From contig NC_057711.1 in assembly GCF_004010195.1 (NCBI RefSeq), positions 78,634,099 through 78,698,098 of the forward strand: DNA of 64,000 bases, given 5' to 3'. Position 1 is the stretch's first letter. Every line of letters starts with the position of its first letter. The translations under genes and the position numbers were made by a program. Source of the DNA: Chiloscyllium plagiosum (Eukaryota). This document shows, piece by piece, positions 37,625-51,419 of the stretch. The notes under the pieces were generated by a model. That model ran no database searches. It saw only the letters and a program-made list of their open reading frames with translations, and was not told the DNA's origin.

Positions 37625-39780
37625 CAAAGATTGACTGGATGGTTGATGGTGAGGAGGAAGGTATTAGGTTATAGGAAGATATAAACAGATGTCAGATGGG
37701 CAGGTCAATGGCAGATGGAATTTAACCCTGAAAAATGGAAGTGATGCACTCTGCAAGAAGTAACAAGACAAAGGAGTACTAAATGAATGGCAAGACACTA
37801 GGAAGCTCAGAGGAACACAGGGATCTTGGGATGCCTTTCCACAGATCCCTGAAGGTGGTAGGATAGATCAGTAGGGTAGTTAAGAAGGCAAAGGGTCACT
37901 TGCCTTTATCATGTTGAGAAATTGTTTATCAAGAGCAGGGATGTTATGTTGAAACTGTGCAGAACTTTGGTTAGGACACTGCTGGAGCACTGTGTGCAGT
38001 TCTAGTCACCGCATAGGAAAGATGATTGGACTGGAGGGTGTGCAAAGGAGATTCATTAGGATGTTGCCTGGCTGGATTGGAGCATGTCAGCTATGAAGAG
38101 AAGCTGAATTAGGTCGGGTTGTTCTCTTTGGAGCACAGAAGGTTGAGGGGAGGTACTTGACAGGGGTGTATAAGATCATGAGACTAATGGACAGGGTGAA
38201 TAGAAAGCAACTATTCCTCTTAGTTAAAGAGTCAATTGCAAGGGTGCAAAATATTAAGATGAAAGGCAAGAGGTTTAGAGGAAATTTGAGGAAAATCCTT
38301 TACACCTCAGAGGGTAGTGGGGGTCCATGTGCACTGCCTGGGAGGGTAGTTGAGCAGGAAACCTCACAAACTTTGAAAATTAGTTGGATGAGCACTTGAA
38401 GTATCATAGTCGATAAAGTGTGGAGCTGGAGAAAGCACAGCAGGTCAAGCAGCATCAGAAGAGTAGAGGAGAGGACATTTCAAGTCGGAACCTTTCATCA
38501 GGACTGGGAAGGGGGAAGGGGGCTGAGAAATAAATGGAGGAGGGAGGATGGAGCAGATAGGTGGGAAAGAAGATGAACAATTAGGTCAGGTGAAGGGGAC
38601 AAGGCAGAGAGAGAGGACTGTACCTGGGATGAGATGTGGGATAGGAAGATTTGAAAGCTAGTGAATTCTACATTAAGACCATATGGCTGTAAGCTCCTGA
38701 GGTGTTCTTCCTCCATTCTAGGCCTCCTCCAGTTTATTTTGAACCAGTCTCTGAGTTTGCGCTCGGTCTCTCCGATGTACAAGAGACCACATCGGGAGCA
38801 ATGGATGCAATAAGTCAGGTTAGAGGAAATGCAGGTGAATCTCTGCCAGCATTGAAAGGGCCTTGGATGGAGGTAAGAGGTGTAAGGGCAAGTTTTGCAC
38901 CTCCTGCGGCTATAGAGAAAGGTTTCAGGTATAGATGAAAGGTTAGTGGGGAGTGTGGACCTGACGAGGGAGTTGCGGAGGGAACGGTCCCTGCAGAAAT
39001 TGGATAGGGATGGGAAGGGAAATATCATTTTGGTGGTGGAGCCAGACTGCAGGTGACAGAACTGGAGATGATGCGTTGGATTTGGAGATTAGTGGGGTGG
39101 AATGTGAGGACCAGGAGGATTCTATTCTTGTTGTGGTGAGGAGTGGGTTTGAAGGCAGACTTATAGGAAATGGAAGAGATATGGTTGAGGGCATTGTTGA
39201 TCGCACGGGAGGGGAAATTATGGTCCTTGAAGTAGAGGATATCTGGGAAATATTGGAGTGGAATCGCTCATCCTGGGAACAGAAACAGCAAAGTTGGAGG
39301 AATTGGGAGTATGGGATTGCCTTTTTGCAGGAAGGTGGGGTCGGGAGGAGGTGTAGTCAAGGTAGCTGTAGGAGTCAGTGGGTTTGAAATGGTGCAGAGT
39401 CGGTTGCCAGAGATGGAGAAGAAGAGGTCCAGGAAAGGGATGGAGGTGTCAGGGATGGTCCAAGTGAATTTAAAGGTCAGGGTGGAAGTTGTGGGTAAAA
39501 TAAATGAACTGTTTGAGCTCCTCGTGGAAGCTGACACAGTCATCAATATAGCAGAGGAAAATGTGAGGGATGGTGCCAGTGTAGCTGCAGAAGTAGGACT
39601 GTTCCATGTATCCTCCAAAGGACAACCATAATTCGGACCATGCAGGTACCCATACCCACAATATTCAAGGCTATGGACCTCGAGCAGCAAAGTGGGATTA
39701 GTGCAGTTAGTATGTTTTTGGCAATGCAAAATTGATGGACTGGAGGATCTCTTCTGTACTGTATGATTCTATAATTCTAT
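37625..39780 (+). mobile_element. CR1 3' portion split by a nested PLE (CR1 at 37625-38410 and 39661-39780)
   Basis: WQMEFNPEK, LEHCVQF, VYKIMR motifs. Sequence ...GAGCACTTGAAG resumes as ATTCAAGGCTATG after the PLE. Confidence 0.82.
38411..39660 (-). mobile_element. Penelope-like element (RT, GIY-YIG and terminal repeat), 5'-truncated
   Basis: FLCYIDDC RT motif and FTCISSNLTYCIHCSRCGLLYIGET GIY-YIG motif. Terminal hammerhead-like CTGATGA-AAGGTTCCGACTT-GAAA-TG-TC at 38501-38474. Confidence 0.9.
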
Positions 39781-39999
39781 GAAAGCTATAAAGTACTTCA
39801 TCAGAAAATAAGCAGCTTTTCCTCCAGCTTGTGTCAGGCTGCATTAGATCACTGCAATAGACCTAAGACGGAATGTAAGCAATGGAGCAAAACAGTGTAC
39901 TGAAATAACATGTGACCTGATGGAGTTAAAGATTTGGACATCCATAATGAGGCAATTAGGGTTAGAATTTGGAAATAATTGAAATGACAAAGTAAGAAG

Positions 40000-40205
40000 G
40001 TAAAGTCACCAAAGTCCTGCTCTGTCATTAGAGAGAAACAACTGGTGGTGAATTTAAACTGAGGGTTACCACACGTCATGCAAGGAGTAATGTTGACAAG
40101 GTAGGCCTGATATGGTGACCCCAGCCAGTACAGAAATTAAATCCACACTGTTGGTATTACTGAGTATTGCGTATCTGTCATTCAGCCAACTAAGCTAACT
40201 GAACC
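40000..40205 (-). mobile_element. Second tRNA-derived SINE family
   Basis: Minus head GTTAGCTTAGTTGGCTGAATG; homologous to the plus-strand copy at 45180-45388. Confidence 0.65.
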
Positions 40206-40315
40206 CCTTCAACGATCATGTTTACAAGACACTGGACAAGCTGAGAAAAAGTACTGTCAGCATAGGAAGAAATAAGTTCAACAAACAGAACAGCCATGGA
40301 AATTGTAGAAACGAT

Positions 40316-40625
40316 ATTAGATTGGATTAGATTACTTACAGTGTGGAAACAGGCCCTTCGGCCCAACAAGTCCACACCGACCCACCGAAGCACAACCCAC
40401 CCAGACCCATTCCCCTACATTTACCCCTTCACTTAACACTACGGGCAATTTAGCATGGCCAATTCACCTAACCTGCACATTTTTGGATTGTGGGAGGAAA
40501 CCTGAGCAAACCCACGCAGACACGGGGAGTATGTGCAAACTCCACACAGACAGTCGCCCGAGGCTGGAATTGAACCCGGGTCTCTGGCGCTGTGAGGCAG
40601 CAGTGCTAACCACTGTGCCACCATG
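40316..40625 (-). mobile_element. HE1-like V-SINE
   Basis: Reverse complement of the SINE at 34535-34847. Confidence 0.93.
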
Positions 40626-40707
40626 GTTTGTTATTCGGTGATGATGTCACATCCAGAGTGAGATAGGAAAAAGTGCCTGAGGATTGGCATTCAGCCTCTG
40701 CAAAGTG

Positions 40708-40903
40708 GACAATAGACAATAGGTGCAGGAGTAGGCCATTCTGCCCTTCGAGTCTGCACCACAATTCAATATGATCATGGCTGATCATCCTTAATCAGTA
40801 TCCTGTTCCTGCCTTATCTCCATAACCCTTGATTCCACAATCCTTGAGAGCTCTATCCAACTCTTTCTTAAATGAATCCAGAGACAGGGCCTCCACTGCC
40901 TCC
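40708..40903 (-). mobile_element. CR1 3' tail
   Basis: GATCAGCCATGATCATATTGAAT...GGCCTACTCCTGCACCTATTGTCTAT on the minus strand. Confidence 0.8.
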
Positions 40904-41979
40904 TTAATATAGAAGATCTAAGGTGGATCTCTTGAATTTTCTAATGGGGATAAATGGTCTTTTCAGAATCAGCAGGACAATTGCTGGGACCTGAAATATT
41001 TTTGTCCATGTTTTTTAACAATGATCCAATGTTCCAAAGATAACTATCAAATAACTTCTAGGCCTTGCAAATCTGCAGCACTAGTACATTTTCCATATTC
41101 AGTTTGGGGCCAGCTTGACCCTTGGAAATTGCTGTACCGGGAGATTGTCAATAAAGATGACAATGAAGATGCAAATATAGGTGGGTTGGGCCGAACAGGC
41201 AGAATGCATTTCATGTATCCTCTGCCTAAGTTGTGCAAATATTATGTGCTAAAAGAACTGGGCTTACTTGCAATAGGGCATAACAAAACCAAAGAATCAC
41301 AATGTGCATGACAGAAATTAGGTCGCGATGAGAGTTGAAGTTGTGAATAAAATTTCTAGCAGCAGTTGAGGTGAAGTTGCAACATGGTGAGTAATTCTAC
41401 AGAGGTGGAATTATTTAAAACTTGCAATGGATGAAATTTGGAGTTTGAACCTCTGCTTGGGGTCATTCGAACACTGAGATTGCCTAAAAAAGCAAATGGA
41501 TAAGATGTGGGTGGGGAGTGAAATCAATCATAATGATTGGGATTGAGGACATTGAGATATTGATAAAGAAAAGGAAACCAATGACAAACTTTAAATGTGA
41601 CCAAATAAAAGTTAGATGAGAAATTTATTTTTCAGTCACAGCCAGTATCATTTGTGATTTAAAAACAGAATTCCGAGAATAATTTTGTTTAAAATGAATA
41701 GCACTTGTTCTATAGGGATGACACTGCTTCAAGGATAATGATTCACTCACGTTGCATGATGAACAAAAATTATACATTTGGTCAAACTATAAAATTAGGA
41801 ATAATTGTAAAACTGTATTCTGAAATGTCCACCATTCACTAAATAAACTAATTGTCTCTTTAAACTGAACTCAAGGATCATTTGGACATGTACTATAGCT
41901 CAAATCATTGGGAAGTAATCACAAATATTAAGTGCAGCAGTTTAACAAACCTCCACTTGTGTAATATCCTATTATAGCA

Positions 41980-43015
41980 TCACAGAGTCAAAGAGTGATA
42001 CAGCGCAGAAAAAGACACTTGAGTCCAACTCATCCGCGCCGACCAGATATCCCAATCTGATCTAGTCCCATTGCCAGCATTTGGCCTATATCCCTCTAAA
42101 CTCTTCCCATTCATGACTTTTAAATGTTGCAATTGTATCCACTTCTTCTGGCAGCTCGTTCTATATATGCCCCACCCTTTCCATGAAAAAGTTAACCCTC
42201 GGGTCCTTTTTAAATCTTTCCCTTTTCACTTTCAGCTTTTTTAGTTTTGGACTCCCCCAGCTTAGGAAGAAGACCTTGGCCAGTCATCCTATCTATGCCC
42301 ATCACAACTTTATAAACTTCCCATGCTTCAGGGAAAAAAGCTCCAGACTCTTCAGCCTCTCCCTATAGCTCAAATCCTCCAAACCTAATATCATCTTCGT
42401 AAACCTTTTTTGAACCTTCTCACGTTTAACAACATCCTTCCCATAAAAGAGTGACAAGAATTGCATGCAGTATTTCAAAAGTGGCCTCACCAATGTCCTG
42501 GACAGCTGCAAGATGACATCTCAACTCTGATCCTCATTGTTATGGCCAATGAAGGCAGGACCACCCTGTCTAACAGCAACTCAACTTCCAAGGAATTATG
42601 AGCCTGCTCCCTTACGTCTTTTTGTTCAGCAACACTGCCCAGGGCCCTACTATTAACTGTATAGGTCCAGCCCTGTTTTGCCTTACCAAAATGCAACACA
42701 TCACATTTATCTAAACTAAACTCCATCTGTCACTTCTTGGCCCACATGCCCATTTGATTTAAGTCCTATTGCACTCTGAAATAATCTTCTTCACATTTCA
42801 CTCCACCACCTATTTCGCTATCATCTACTAACTTGCTAAACATACCTCCTATATTTACATCGGAGGTATTTACATAGGAGGTATATAAATGATGAAAAGC
42901 AGTGGATCAGCACTGACCATTGTGGGACACCACTTTCACAGGCCTCCAGTCCAAAAAGCAACCCTCCATCATCACCCTCTGTCTCCTACATTCAAGCTAA
43001 TTTTGTAATCAATTG
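41980..43015 (-). mobile_element. CR1 3' portion
   Basis: MEFSLDKCDVLHFGK, LVRPLLKYCMQF, and a CR1 tail. Confidence 0.85.
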
Positions 43016-43867
43016 CCTAGTTCCCCCTGAATCTTTTCTGCATAATACACAGAAATATCTGCCATTGTTCCTCCACTGTCATCCCTGCTAAGGTATTGCA
43101 CCATTGAACTTTGGCCAGCTCCTCCCTCATAGCTCCATAGATCAGTATGCTAGATGACAAGAGTTCCACCTTTATCAGCAGGTTTGTTGATAAATTAAGA
43201 ACGAAGGATGACAAGGTCGCAGGTTCGAGTGTGTCAGGGGAGTAGAGAAATTCAGATAGCCAATATTAAACTGATAGATCAAGGAATCTAGGAGGAGTGT
43301 AAGTATTGTAGACAGGTGAAAGGGCCTTTTGAGTTGGGTGAGGGCTAATGGGCATGGAATAAAGATAGAAGTCCAAACTTGATAAGGGAATAAAATAGTC
43401 ATTTGTTGAGCACAGACCATTAATTGTTGACAAGCAGAAGGTCAGAGATTATAGTGTCAATTTGGCAAGAAGTGGGATTAGTAGGGTTGGAGTCAGAGGG
43501 AAGAGATGGGGATGTCAGATCCAGACGAGCATCGATATCATTGCTTGAGCGAAGTTTCTTAAAGATTATTAAGGCATCAGATTAGGCTGTTATTGATTTT
43601 ATAACCTTTACCCATCCAGGTAAATCTATCCAGTCAAATTTATTGTCAGCACAAAACATCACCTAAGAGATTCATTAAAGGAATCTAGTCAGCTTTACAA
43701 GCTATAGTCTGGGTTCTGGAATGAAATTTCAGGATACAATGTAATTATTGGCATATTTGAGCAGAAATAACTTGTTTAAATTAACCAATATCATCAATAA
43801 TTATATCTATGTATGAGTTCATGTGGATTTTAGTATATGACTTCATGCTTTTAATATTTATTCGTAC

Positions 43868-44300
43868 GTTTGAGCTATAGGGAGAGGCTGAACAGGCTGG
43901 GGCTGTTTTCCCTGGAGCATCGGAGGATGAGGGGTGACCTTATAGAGGTTTACAAAATTATGAGGGGCATGGATAGGGTAAATAGGCAAAGTCTTTTCCC
44001 TGGGATCGGGGAGTCCAGAACTAGAGGGCATAGGTTTAGGTGAGAAGGGAAAGATATAAAAGAGACCTAAGGGGCAACTTTTTAACGCAGAGGATAGTAT
44101 GCGTATGGAATGAGCTGCCAGAGGAAGTGGTGGAGGCTGGTACAATTGCAACATTTAAGAGGCATTTGGATGGGTATATGAATAGGAAGGGTTTGGAGGG
44201 ATATGGGCCGGGTGGGACTAGATTGGATTGGGATATCTGGTCGGCATGGGCGGGTTGTACTGAAGGGTCTGTTTCCATGCTGTACATCTCTATGACTCTA
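43868..44300 (+). mobile_element. Young 5'-truncated CR1 (HER1-like) 3' end
   Basis: RGNFLTQRIVCVWNELP...FKRHLDGYM; tail TCTATGACTCTA. Confidence 0.92.
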
Positions 44301-45179
44301 TTCATAAATCCAATCCTGAACTACATTGTGACAATGGGTATATCTCATAGAATATGTCATTAACAATGACAATTAAAATTCAATTCTAATGACAATTCTA
44401 CTTCAAAATTAGAAACAGTTTTTAAATCCACTTTAAGTAGTACTTGAATATTCAAACAAATCACTTTTCACTAAAATTATGGCTTCAAGTCAGAATAATT
44501 TCTATTTGTCTGAAATAAATTTGTCTCAAATGTAATAGGGGAGTTTCGAGACTCAACCCTGTCTTGTTGTCTGCAAGCTTTGTCTATCCCCTACTGTGTA
44601 TTACATGTTAGCCTTTTAAGAAGTTTTTTTATGTATCTGCAGCTGCTATTATGCTTTGTTCAGATTTCATAGCATCAAAGAGTTATTGAGGAATCATAAT
44701 AGCTTCTTCTTTCGAATTCGAATATAAACAAATTCACAGGTGCAAGATTATGAGAGTATTAAGGCCATTTTACCATTTCCTTCTGTCTCCACCACTTTTT
44801 GTGAGAATTGTTCCTGGCAAAATTTCAAATGCTCACACTGCTCAACTTAAGTTTTAGCATTAACACCTTAATTGCTGGATTAATTTTGTAAATTCTTTTA
44901 CAAATCAAAGATTGAAATAGACCTGGGGACCTACTGATTTCTATTATATTTGCTGCTTACAATGCAGTCTTCACTGCATTGTGAACATCAAACATCTCTG
45001 CTCAGTCTGCAAGCAAATTCCTACATTCCACTCACTGGCCATTTCAATGCACCATCTTACCATCAGGATCACATTTGTGCTTCTTATAAACATCACCTCA
45101 TTTTCTGATTAAGTTAGTTGCTAATTAATTTTTCTGGTTATTATTACAATTCTGTAAGTGTTTTGTGATTTGGGAATTG

Positions 45180-45388
45180 CTTAGCCCACTTGGCTGAATG
45201 GCTGGTTTGTAATGTAAAAGAGCACCAAACAACACAAGCTGAATTCCTACACCAACTGTGGTCACCACGAAGATCCCAACTTCTCAACCTTGTTACTCAT
45301 CTAAGGGGTGGTGACCTTCAGGTTAAACTCACCACCAATCAACTCTCCCTAATGAGAGGACAGTCCTCTGGGATGATGGTGATTTTAC
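45180..45388 (+). mobile_element. Second tRNA-derived SINE family
   Basis: Homologous to the reverse complement of 40000-40205. Confidence 0.6.
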
Positions 45389-45390
45389 CA

Positions 45391-48300
45391 ACAAAGAAAA
45401 TTTACACCCCAGGAACAGGCCCTTCAGCCCTTCAAGCCTGAGCTGATCCAAATCCACTGTAGAAACCTATCACCCAATTCCTAAGCATCTGTATTCCTCT
45501 GCTCCCCACCTACTCATGCATCTGTCCAGACGCATCTTAAATGAATCTACCATGCCTGCCTCTACTACCTCTGCTGGCAACACGTTCCAGGCACCTACCA
45601 CCCTTTGTGTAAAGTACTTGCCACATATAACCCCCTTAATCTTTTCACCTCTCATCTTGAACGCATGACTTCTCATCCTGGGAAAAAGCTTATCTCTATC
45701 TAATGCCCTTCATGATTTTGTAGGTCCCCCCTCAATCTCCTTTTTTCTAATGAAAACAATCCTAACCTACTCAACCTCTCTTCCTAGCTAGCACCTTCCA
45801 TACCAGGCAACATCCTCGTAAACCTTCTCTGCACCCTCTCCAAAGCGTCCACATCTTTTTGGCAACGTGGCGACCAGAACTGTACACAGTATTCTAAATG
45901 CAGCTGAACCAAAGTCTTGTACAGTTTTAATATGACCTGCCAGCTTTTATACTCAATACCCCACTCGATGTAGGCAAGCATACCATATGCCTTCTTGACC
46001 ACTCTATCCACCTGTGCAGCCACTGTCAGGGTACAATGGACCTGAACTCCCAAATCTCTCTGCTCATCAACTTTTCCCAAGGCTCTTCTGTTTACAGTAT
46101 AGTTCGCTCTAGAATTAGACTTCCCAAAATGCATCACCTCAAAATTGCCTGGATTGAATTCCATCTGCCACTTCTCCGCCCAACTCTCCAGTCTATCTAT
46201 ATTCTTCTGTATTCTTTGACAGTCCATTATGCTTTCTGCTACTCCACCAATCTTCGTGTCATCTGCAAACTTACTGACCAGACCAACAATGCCCTCTTCT
46301 AGATCATTTATGTATATTACAAACAACAGTAGCCCCAGCACTGATCCCTGTGGAACACCACTGGTCACCTTTCTCCATTTCGAGAAACTCCCTTCAACTA
46401 CTACTCTCTGACTCCTGTTGCTCAACCAGTTCTTTATCCACCTCGCTAGAAGACCCTGCACACCATGTGACTTCATTTTCTCCATTAGTTTACCATGGGG
46501 AATCTTATCAAATGCCTTACTAAAGTCCATGTAATATGACATCTACAGCCCTTCTTTCATCTATCAACTTGGTCATTTCCGCAAAGAACTCTATTAAGTT
46601 GATAAGACATGATCTACCCTGCACAAAACCATGTTGCCTATTACTGATAAGCCCATTCTTTTCCAAATATAAATAGATTTTATCCCTTAGTACCTTCTTC
46701 AGCAACTTTCCCATCACTGACATCAAGCTCACTGGTCTGTAGTTACCTGGAATATCTCTACTACCCTTCTTGTACAGGGGCACAACATGAGCAACCCTCC
46801 AGTCCTCTGGCACAGCACCTGTGTTTAAGGATGCTACAAAGCTATCTGTCAGGGCCCCAGCTATTTCCTCTCTTGCCTCCCTCAGCAACCTGGGATAGAT
46901 CCCATCCGGTCCTAGGGATTTGTCCATCTTAACATCCTTTAGCCTACCCAACACATCTTCCCTTCTTACATCAACGTGATCCAGAGTAAACAAACTGCTA
47001 TCTCTAATCTCAGCATTCTTTACTTCCCTTTCCTTAGTGATCACTGATGTGAAGTAGTCACTGACAATCTCACCCATTTTCTCAGATTCGATATACAACT
47101 TCCTTCCTTATCCTTTAGTGGACCAACCCTTTCTCTGGCTACCCTCTTGCTTCTTGTACAAGAATAAAAGGCCTTGGGATGCTCCTTAATTCTGCTTGCT
47201 AAAGTTATTTCATGACCCCTTTAGCCCGCTTGATTCCTCGTTAAGGATTGGTCCTAGTCTCCCGATATTCCTCCCAGGCCCGTTCTGTTCTTAGCTGCTT
47301 GGACCTTATGTAGACTTCTCTTTTCCTCTTGGCTTGTCGCACGATTTCTCCTGTCATCCACAGTTCATGAATCTTGCCTTTCCTATCCCTTATTTTCAAA
47401 AGGACATGCCTATCCTGCACAATCTTCAACCTATCTTTGAAAGCCTCCCACATATCAAATGTGGACTTTCCTTCAAATAGCTGTGTCCAATCCACACTTC
47501 CCAGCTCCTGCCTAAGTTTGATATAATTTGCCTTGGCTCAGTTTAGTACTCTTCCCTTAGGTCCACTCTCATCTTTGTCTATGAGTATTCTAAAAAATAT
47601 AGAGAATTGTGGTCACTATGCACAAAGAAATCCCTGACTGCAAGTTCTACCACCTGTTCTGGCTCATTCCCCAACACCAGGTCCAATGTGGCCCTTTCAC
47701 TTGTTGAACTAATAGCATACTGCTCGAGAACATTTTCCTGGACGCTCCTTACAAATTCTGCCCCATCCAGACCTCTGACTTTAAGTGTATTCCAGTCAAT
47801 GTTGGGAAAATTAAAATCTCACATCACCACCACCCTGTTGCCTCTACTTCTTTCCATAATCTGTTTACCTATTTGGTCTTTGACCTCATGCTCACTTTTG
47901 GGAGGTCTGTAGTACAGACCCAACAATGTAACTGCACGCTTCTTATTTCTCAGCTCTTCCATAATGCCTCACTGTTCAAGCCCTCCATAGTGTCCTCCTT
48001 TAGCACTGCCGTGATATCATCCCTGACCAGCAATGCAATTCTTCCCCCTCTTTTACTTCCCTCCCTATCCTGTCTGAAGCATCTATATCCTGGAACATTT
48101 AGTTGCCAATCATGCCCTTCCTTCAACCAAGTCTCTGTGATCGCAATAATGTCATACTCCCAGGCACCAATCCAAGCCCTAAGTTCATCTGTCTTATCCA
48201 CTATACTCCTTGCATTAAAGTATAAGCACTTCAGGTCGCTAGTTCTTTTGCTTTCATTTGCTCTCTGCCTACTCTTCCTCTTGGTAATGCTAACTTTGTG

Positions 48301-49560
48301 ATCCTTACAGTCTCTAGTTTCCACCTCAGTATCTAGTAGTTTTCCCTTCTGGTTCCCAGACCCCTGCCACATTAGTTTAAAACTTCCCCAACAGCAGTAG
48401 CAAAAACTCCCCCAAGGACATTAGTTCCAGTCTGGTTCAGGTGTAAACCATCCAAATTGTAATAGTCCCGCCTTCCCCAAAACCAGTCCCAATGTCCCAC
48501 AAATCTGAACCCCTCCGTCCTACACCATCCCTCAAGCCACGTGTTCATCCTGCCTATTGTTTCATTTCTACGCTGGCTAACACGTGGCACATGTAGCAAT
48601 CCCGAGATCACTACCTTTCAGGTCCTCCTCTTTAACTTCTCTCCTAGCTCCCAGAATGTTGCTTTCAGGATCTCATTTTGTTTTGTTTACTTATGTCATT
48701 GGTGCCAATGTGCGCCACAACAACTGGCTGTTCACCCTCCCCTTTCAGAATGCTCTGCAGCCGATCGGTGACATCCTGACCGAAGCACCTGGAAGGCAAC
48801 ACACAGCCGGGAGTCTCATTTTCGGCCAAAGAACCACCCATCTACTCCCCTTACAATAGAATCCCCTATTACTATGGGCCTATGAGTCTTTTTCCCACCC
48901 TTCTGAATAGCAGTGCCCGCCACACTGACATGATCCTGGCAACTGCTGCCCTCCCCTGGTGAGCCATCTCCCCCAACAGTATCCAAAACGGTATACCTGT
49001 TTTGGAGGGAGATGACCACAGGGGACAACTGCACTGTCTTGCTACTCTTTCTCTGCCTTTTCATCACCCATTCACTGTCTCCCTCAGCAATCCTAATCTG
49101 CGGTGTGACCAGTTCACTAATGTGCTATCCACGACGTCCTCAGCATCGTGGATGCTCCTCAGAGTCCATCCGTAGCTCTAGAGCCGTCATGCAGTCAAAC
49201 AAGAGCTGGAGCTGGACACACGCCTTGCAAATGTAAGAGTCAGGAATGTCAGACACGTTCCTGAGCTCCCACACCAAGCAAGAGACACATGCCACGGGTC
49301 TGAGGTCTCCTGCCATTGTAAGTGTTAGCTTTATATCAACTAACTAAAAGCAAACAATGCACTTAAATATATGAAAGAAAAGAAAGAAAAAAGCCTTACC
49401 TTACAGAATCTTTTTCTTCTGGTTAGAGGGGCGTGGGTGGGAGGGAGATACTACATGTGTAGTACCTCTTGTTTAGCCGCTGCCCAAATTTATATTAAGT
49501 CCTTACCTTCCCGGCAGCCTCCGGGTCTCTAATGTCACCTCTGCTCTGTCTCCCGCTGTT
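45391..49560 (-). mobile_element. Near full-length CR1 LINE (5'UTR, ORF1 zf/lz plus esterase, ORF2 APE plus RT), inactivated
   Basis: ORF1 runs from ATG 49316 (MAGDLRPVACVSC...CKACVQLQLL) through IVIGDSIVRG and DGLHLN to a stop at 48372. ORF2 motifs LYFNARSI, AITETWL, NYRPVSL, GVPQGSVLG, KFADDTK; frameshifts present. Confidence 0.95.
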
Positions 49561-50224
49561 CCCAGACAGGAAAAGAGCCAAGATAAAAGTGCTGGATGAA
49601 CATGTGGTATTTCTAGGATTGCAGGTCTACCCCCATCAAAAAGCATTTCAAAGACTATAGCAGCACACTTTGGAGCCATGCAATTTCCCCAGACTGTACT
49701 CCAGTAATCCTAATAAATTGTTGGAGGATAGATTGATGAACTACTATGATAGCTTGCAAGTCCCTTCGCATACTGTAATCCATAAGTAAGGCCTAGCAGC
49801 AATCCACTCTTGCATGACAGCAGTAAGCTTGTACTGCAGCATTAAAGAATTAGGTGACTGATCCTCCTGCAGCAGTGGCAGATGCAATTTCAGCCATCAG
49901 GCACTGAAGTTGTGGTTGGGTCACCACTTATATATTGGAAAGGATGGACTCTGAGCTCCGTGCAAAGCCATGTGTGTTTGCAGGCTTGCTGGCAGGCTTC
50001 GTAAATCACCTACTATTTTCATGTGCAAACTCATCAGCAATCTATAATTTGACCCATCAAAGTTCTCATTTGATGTCCTCAGAATTGGAATACTGCAGGA
50101 TATCGGTCTTCACGTTCCACCACCTCACCAAGGGCTTCCTAAACATAGTTTAAAAAATGCTGAGATCACGGTTACACTGCAGGAAACTCAGTCATCAGAT
50201 GAATTTAAAATTGAGTAGACTAAT

Positions 50225-50635
50225 ATACTCTGGGTGGGGACTTCAATATCCATCATCGTGAATGACTCAGCAGCACCACTACTGACTGAGCTGGTCAGGT
50301 CCTAAAGCTCATTGCTACGAGACTGAACTGCAGCAGTTGGTGAGGGAACCAACACAGAGGAAAAACATACTAGAACTCATCCTAATTAATCTGTATGCCA
50401 CAGATGCATCTGTTCATGACAGTATCAGGAAGAGTTTCAAATGCACAGTCCTTGTAGAGATGATGTTCTGCCTTCACATTGAGAATATTTTACATTCTGT
50501 ATTGTGGCACGATCACCGTGCTAAATGGGATAGAATTCGAACAGATCTAACAGCTCAAGACTGAGCATCTATAAGGCGCTGTGGTTCATCAGTAGCAGCA
50601 GAATCACACTCTAGCACAATCTACAACCTGTTGAT
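50225..50635 (+). mobile_element. LINE endonuclease fragment (second CR1/L2-superclade family)
   Basis: WVGDFNIHH...EPTQRKNILELIL. Confidence 0.7.
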
Positions 50636-51419
50636 TGTTGTTCTCAAAGCTGTGACCTTCACAGCACACTACTCCACAAATACGACATCAGATCACCAAC
50701 GTATAGACCTGGATTGAGGATTATATTTAACATCTGTCGCTGTGTATTCATTTGAGGTAGATTCTTGTTAAGCAAGGGGATGAAATATTACTGGAGTAGG
50801 CAGATCTGTGGAGTAATCAGATCAGCTTTGATCTTTAAGAATGGTGGAGCAGGCTTGAGGAGCCAAGTGGGTAAGAACAATGACTGGAAGAGGAGCCAAG
50901 TGATCTACTTGTGGTCCTAATTTGAATGTTCATATGGTATCAAACCTTCATTAGATTATACTTGGAATACTGGATACAATTCTTTTTATCATAATTTGAA
51001 AAGGATATAGAGGCAATAGAGACACAGTAAAACAAATTACAAAACTAGAGGCCATCGGTCAAGGAAAAATCAGAAGAGAAATCTAAAAAAATTTCTTTAA
51101 TAGAGAATGGTGAGAATTTGGAACTCCTAGCTTGGGGAGTATTGTAGTTGAATAGATGGTTTGTTTAAGGGGAAATCAGAGGATTCACAGGGAGACCTTC
51201 ATTTTCAGCAAATGTGGCAGTTGGGCTCTTTAACCACACTGAGTGATGTTTAACACATTTGACCGCCAAATACAAACCATTCTCTCGTGGCAGAGGCTGC
51301 CAATATAAGAGGAAGCTAGTCAAAAGAATGGAGGTAAAGGGAATAGTGTGTAATGATCAGAGGATTAGTTGAGGAAGGATGATGGTGGAGATGGACAGAA
51401 TATGCTGTCAGTAGGTACT

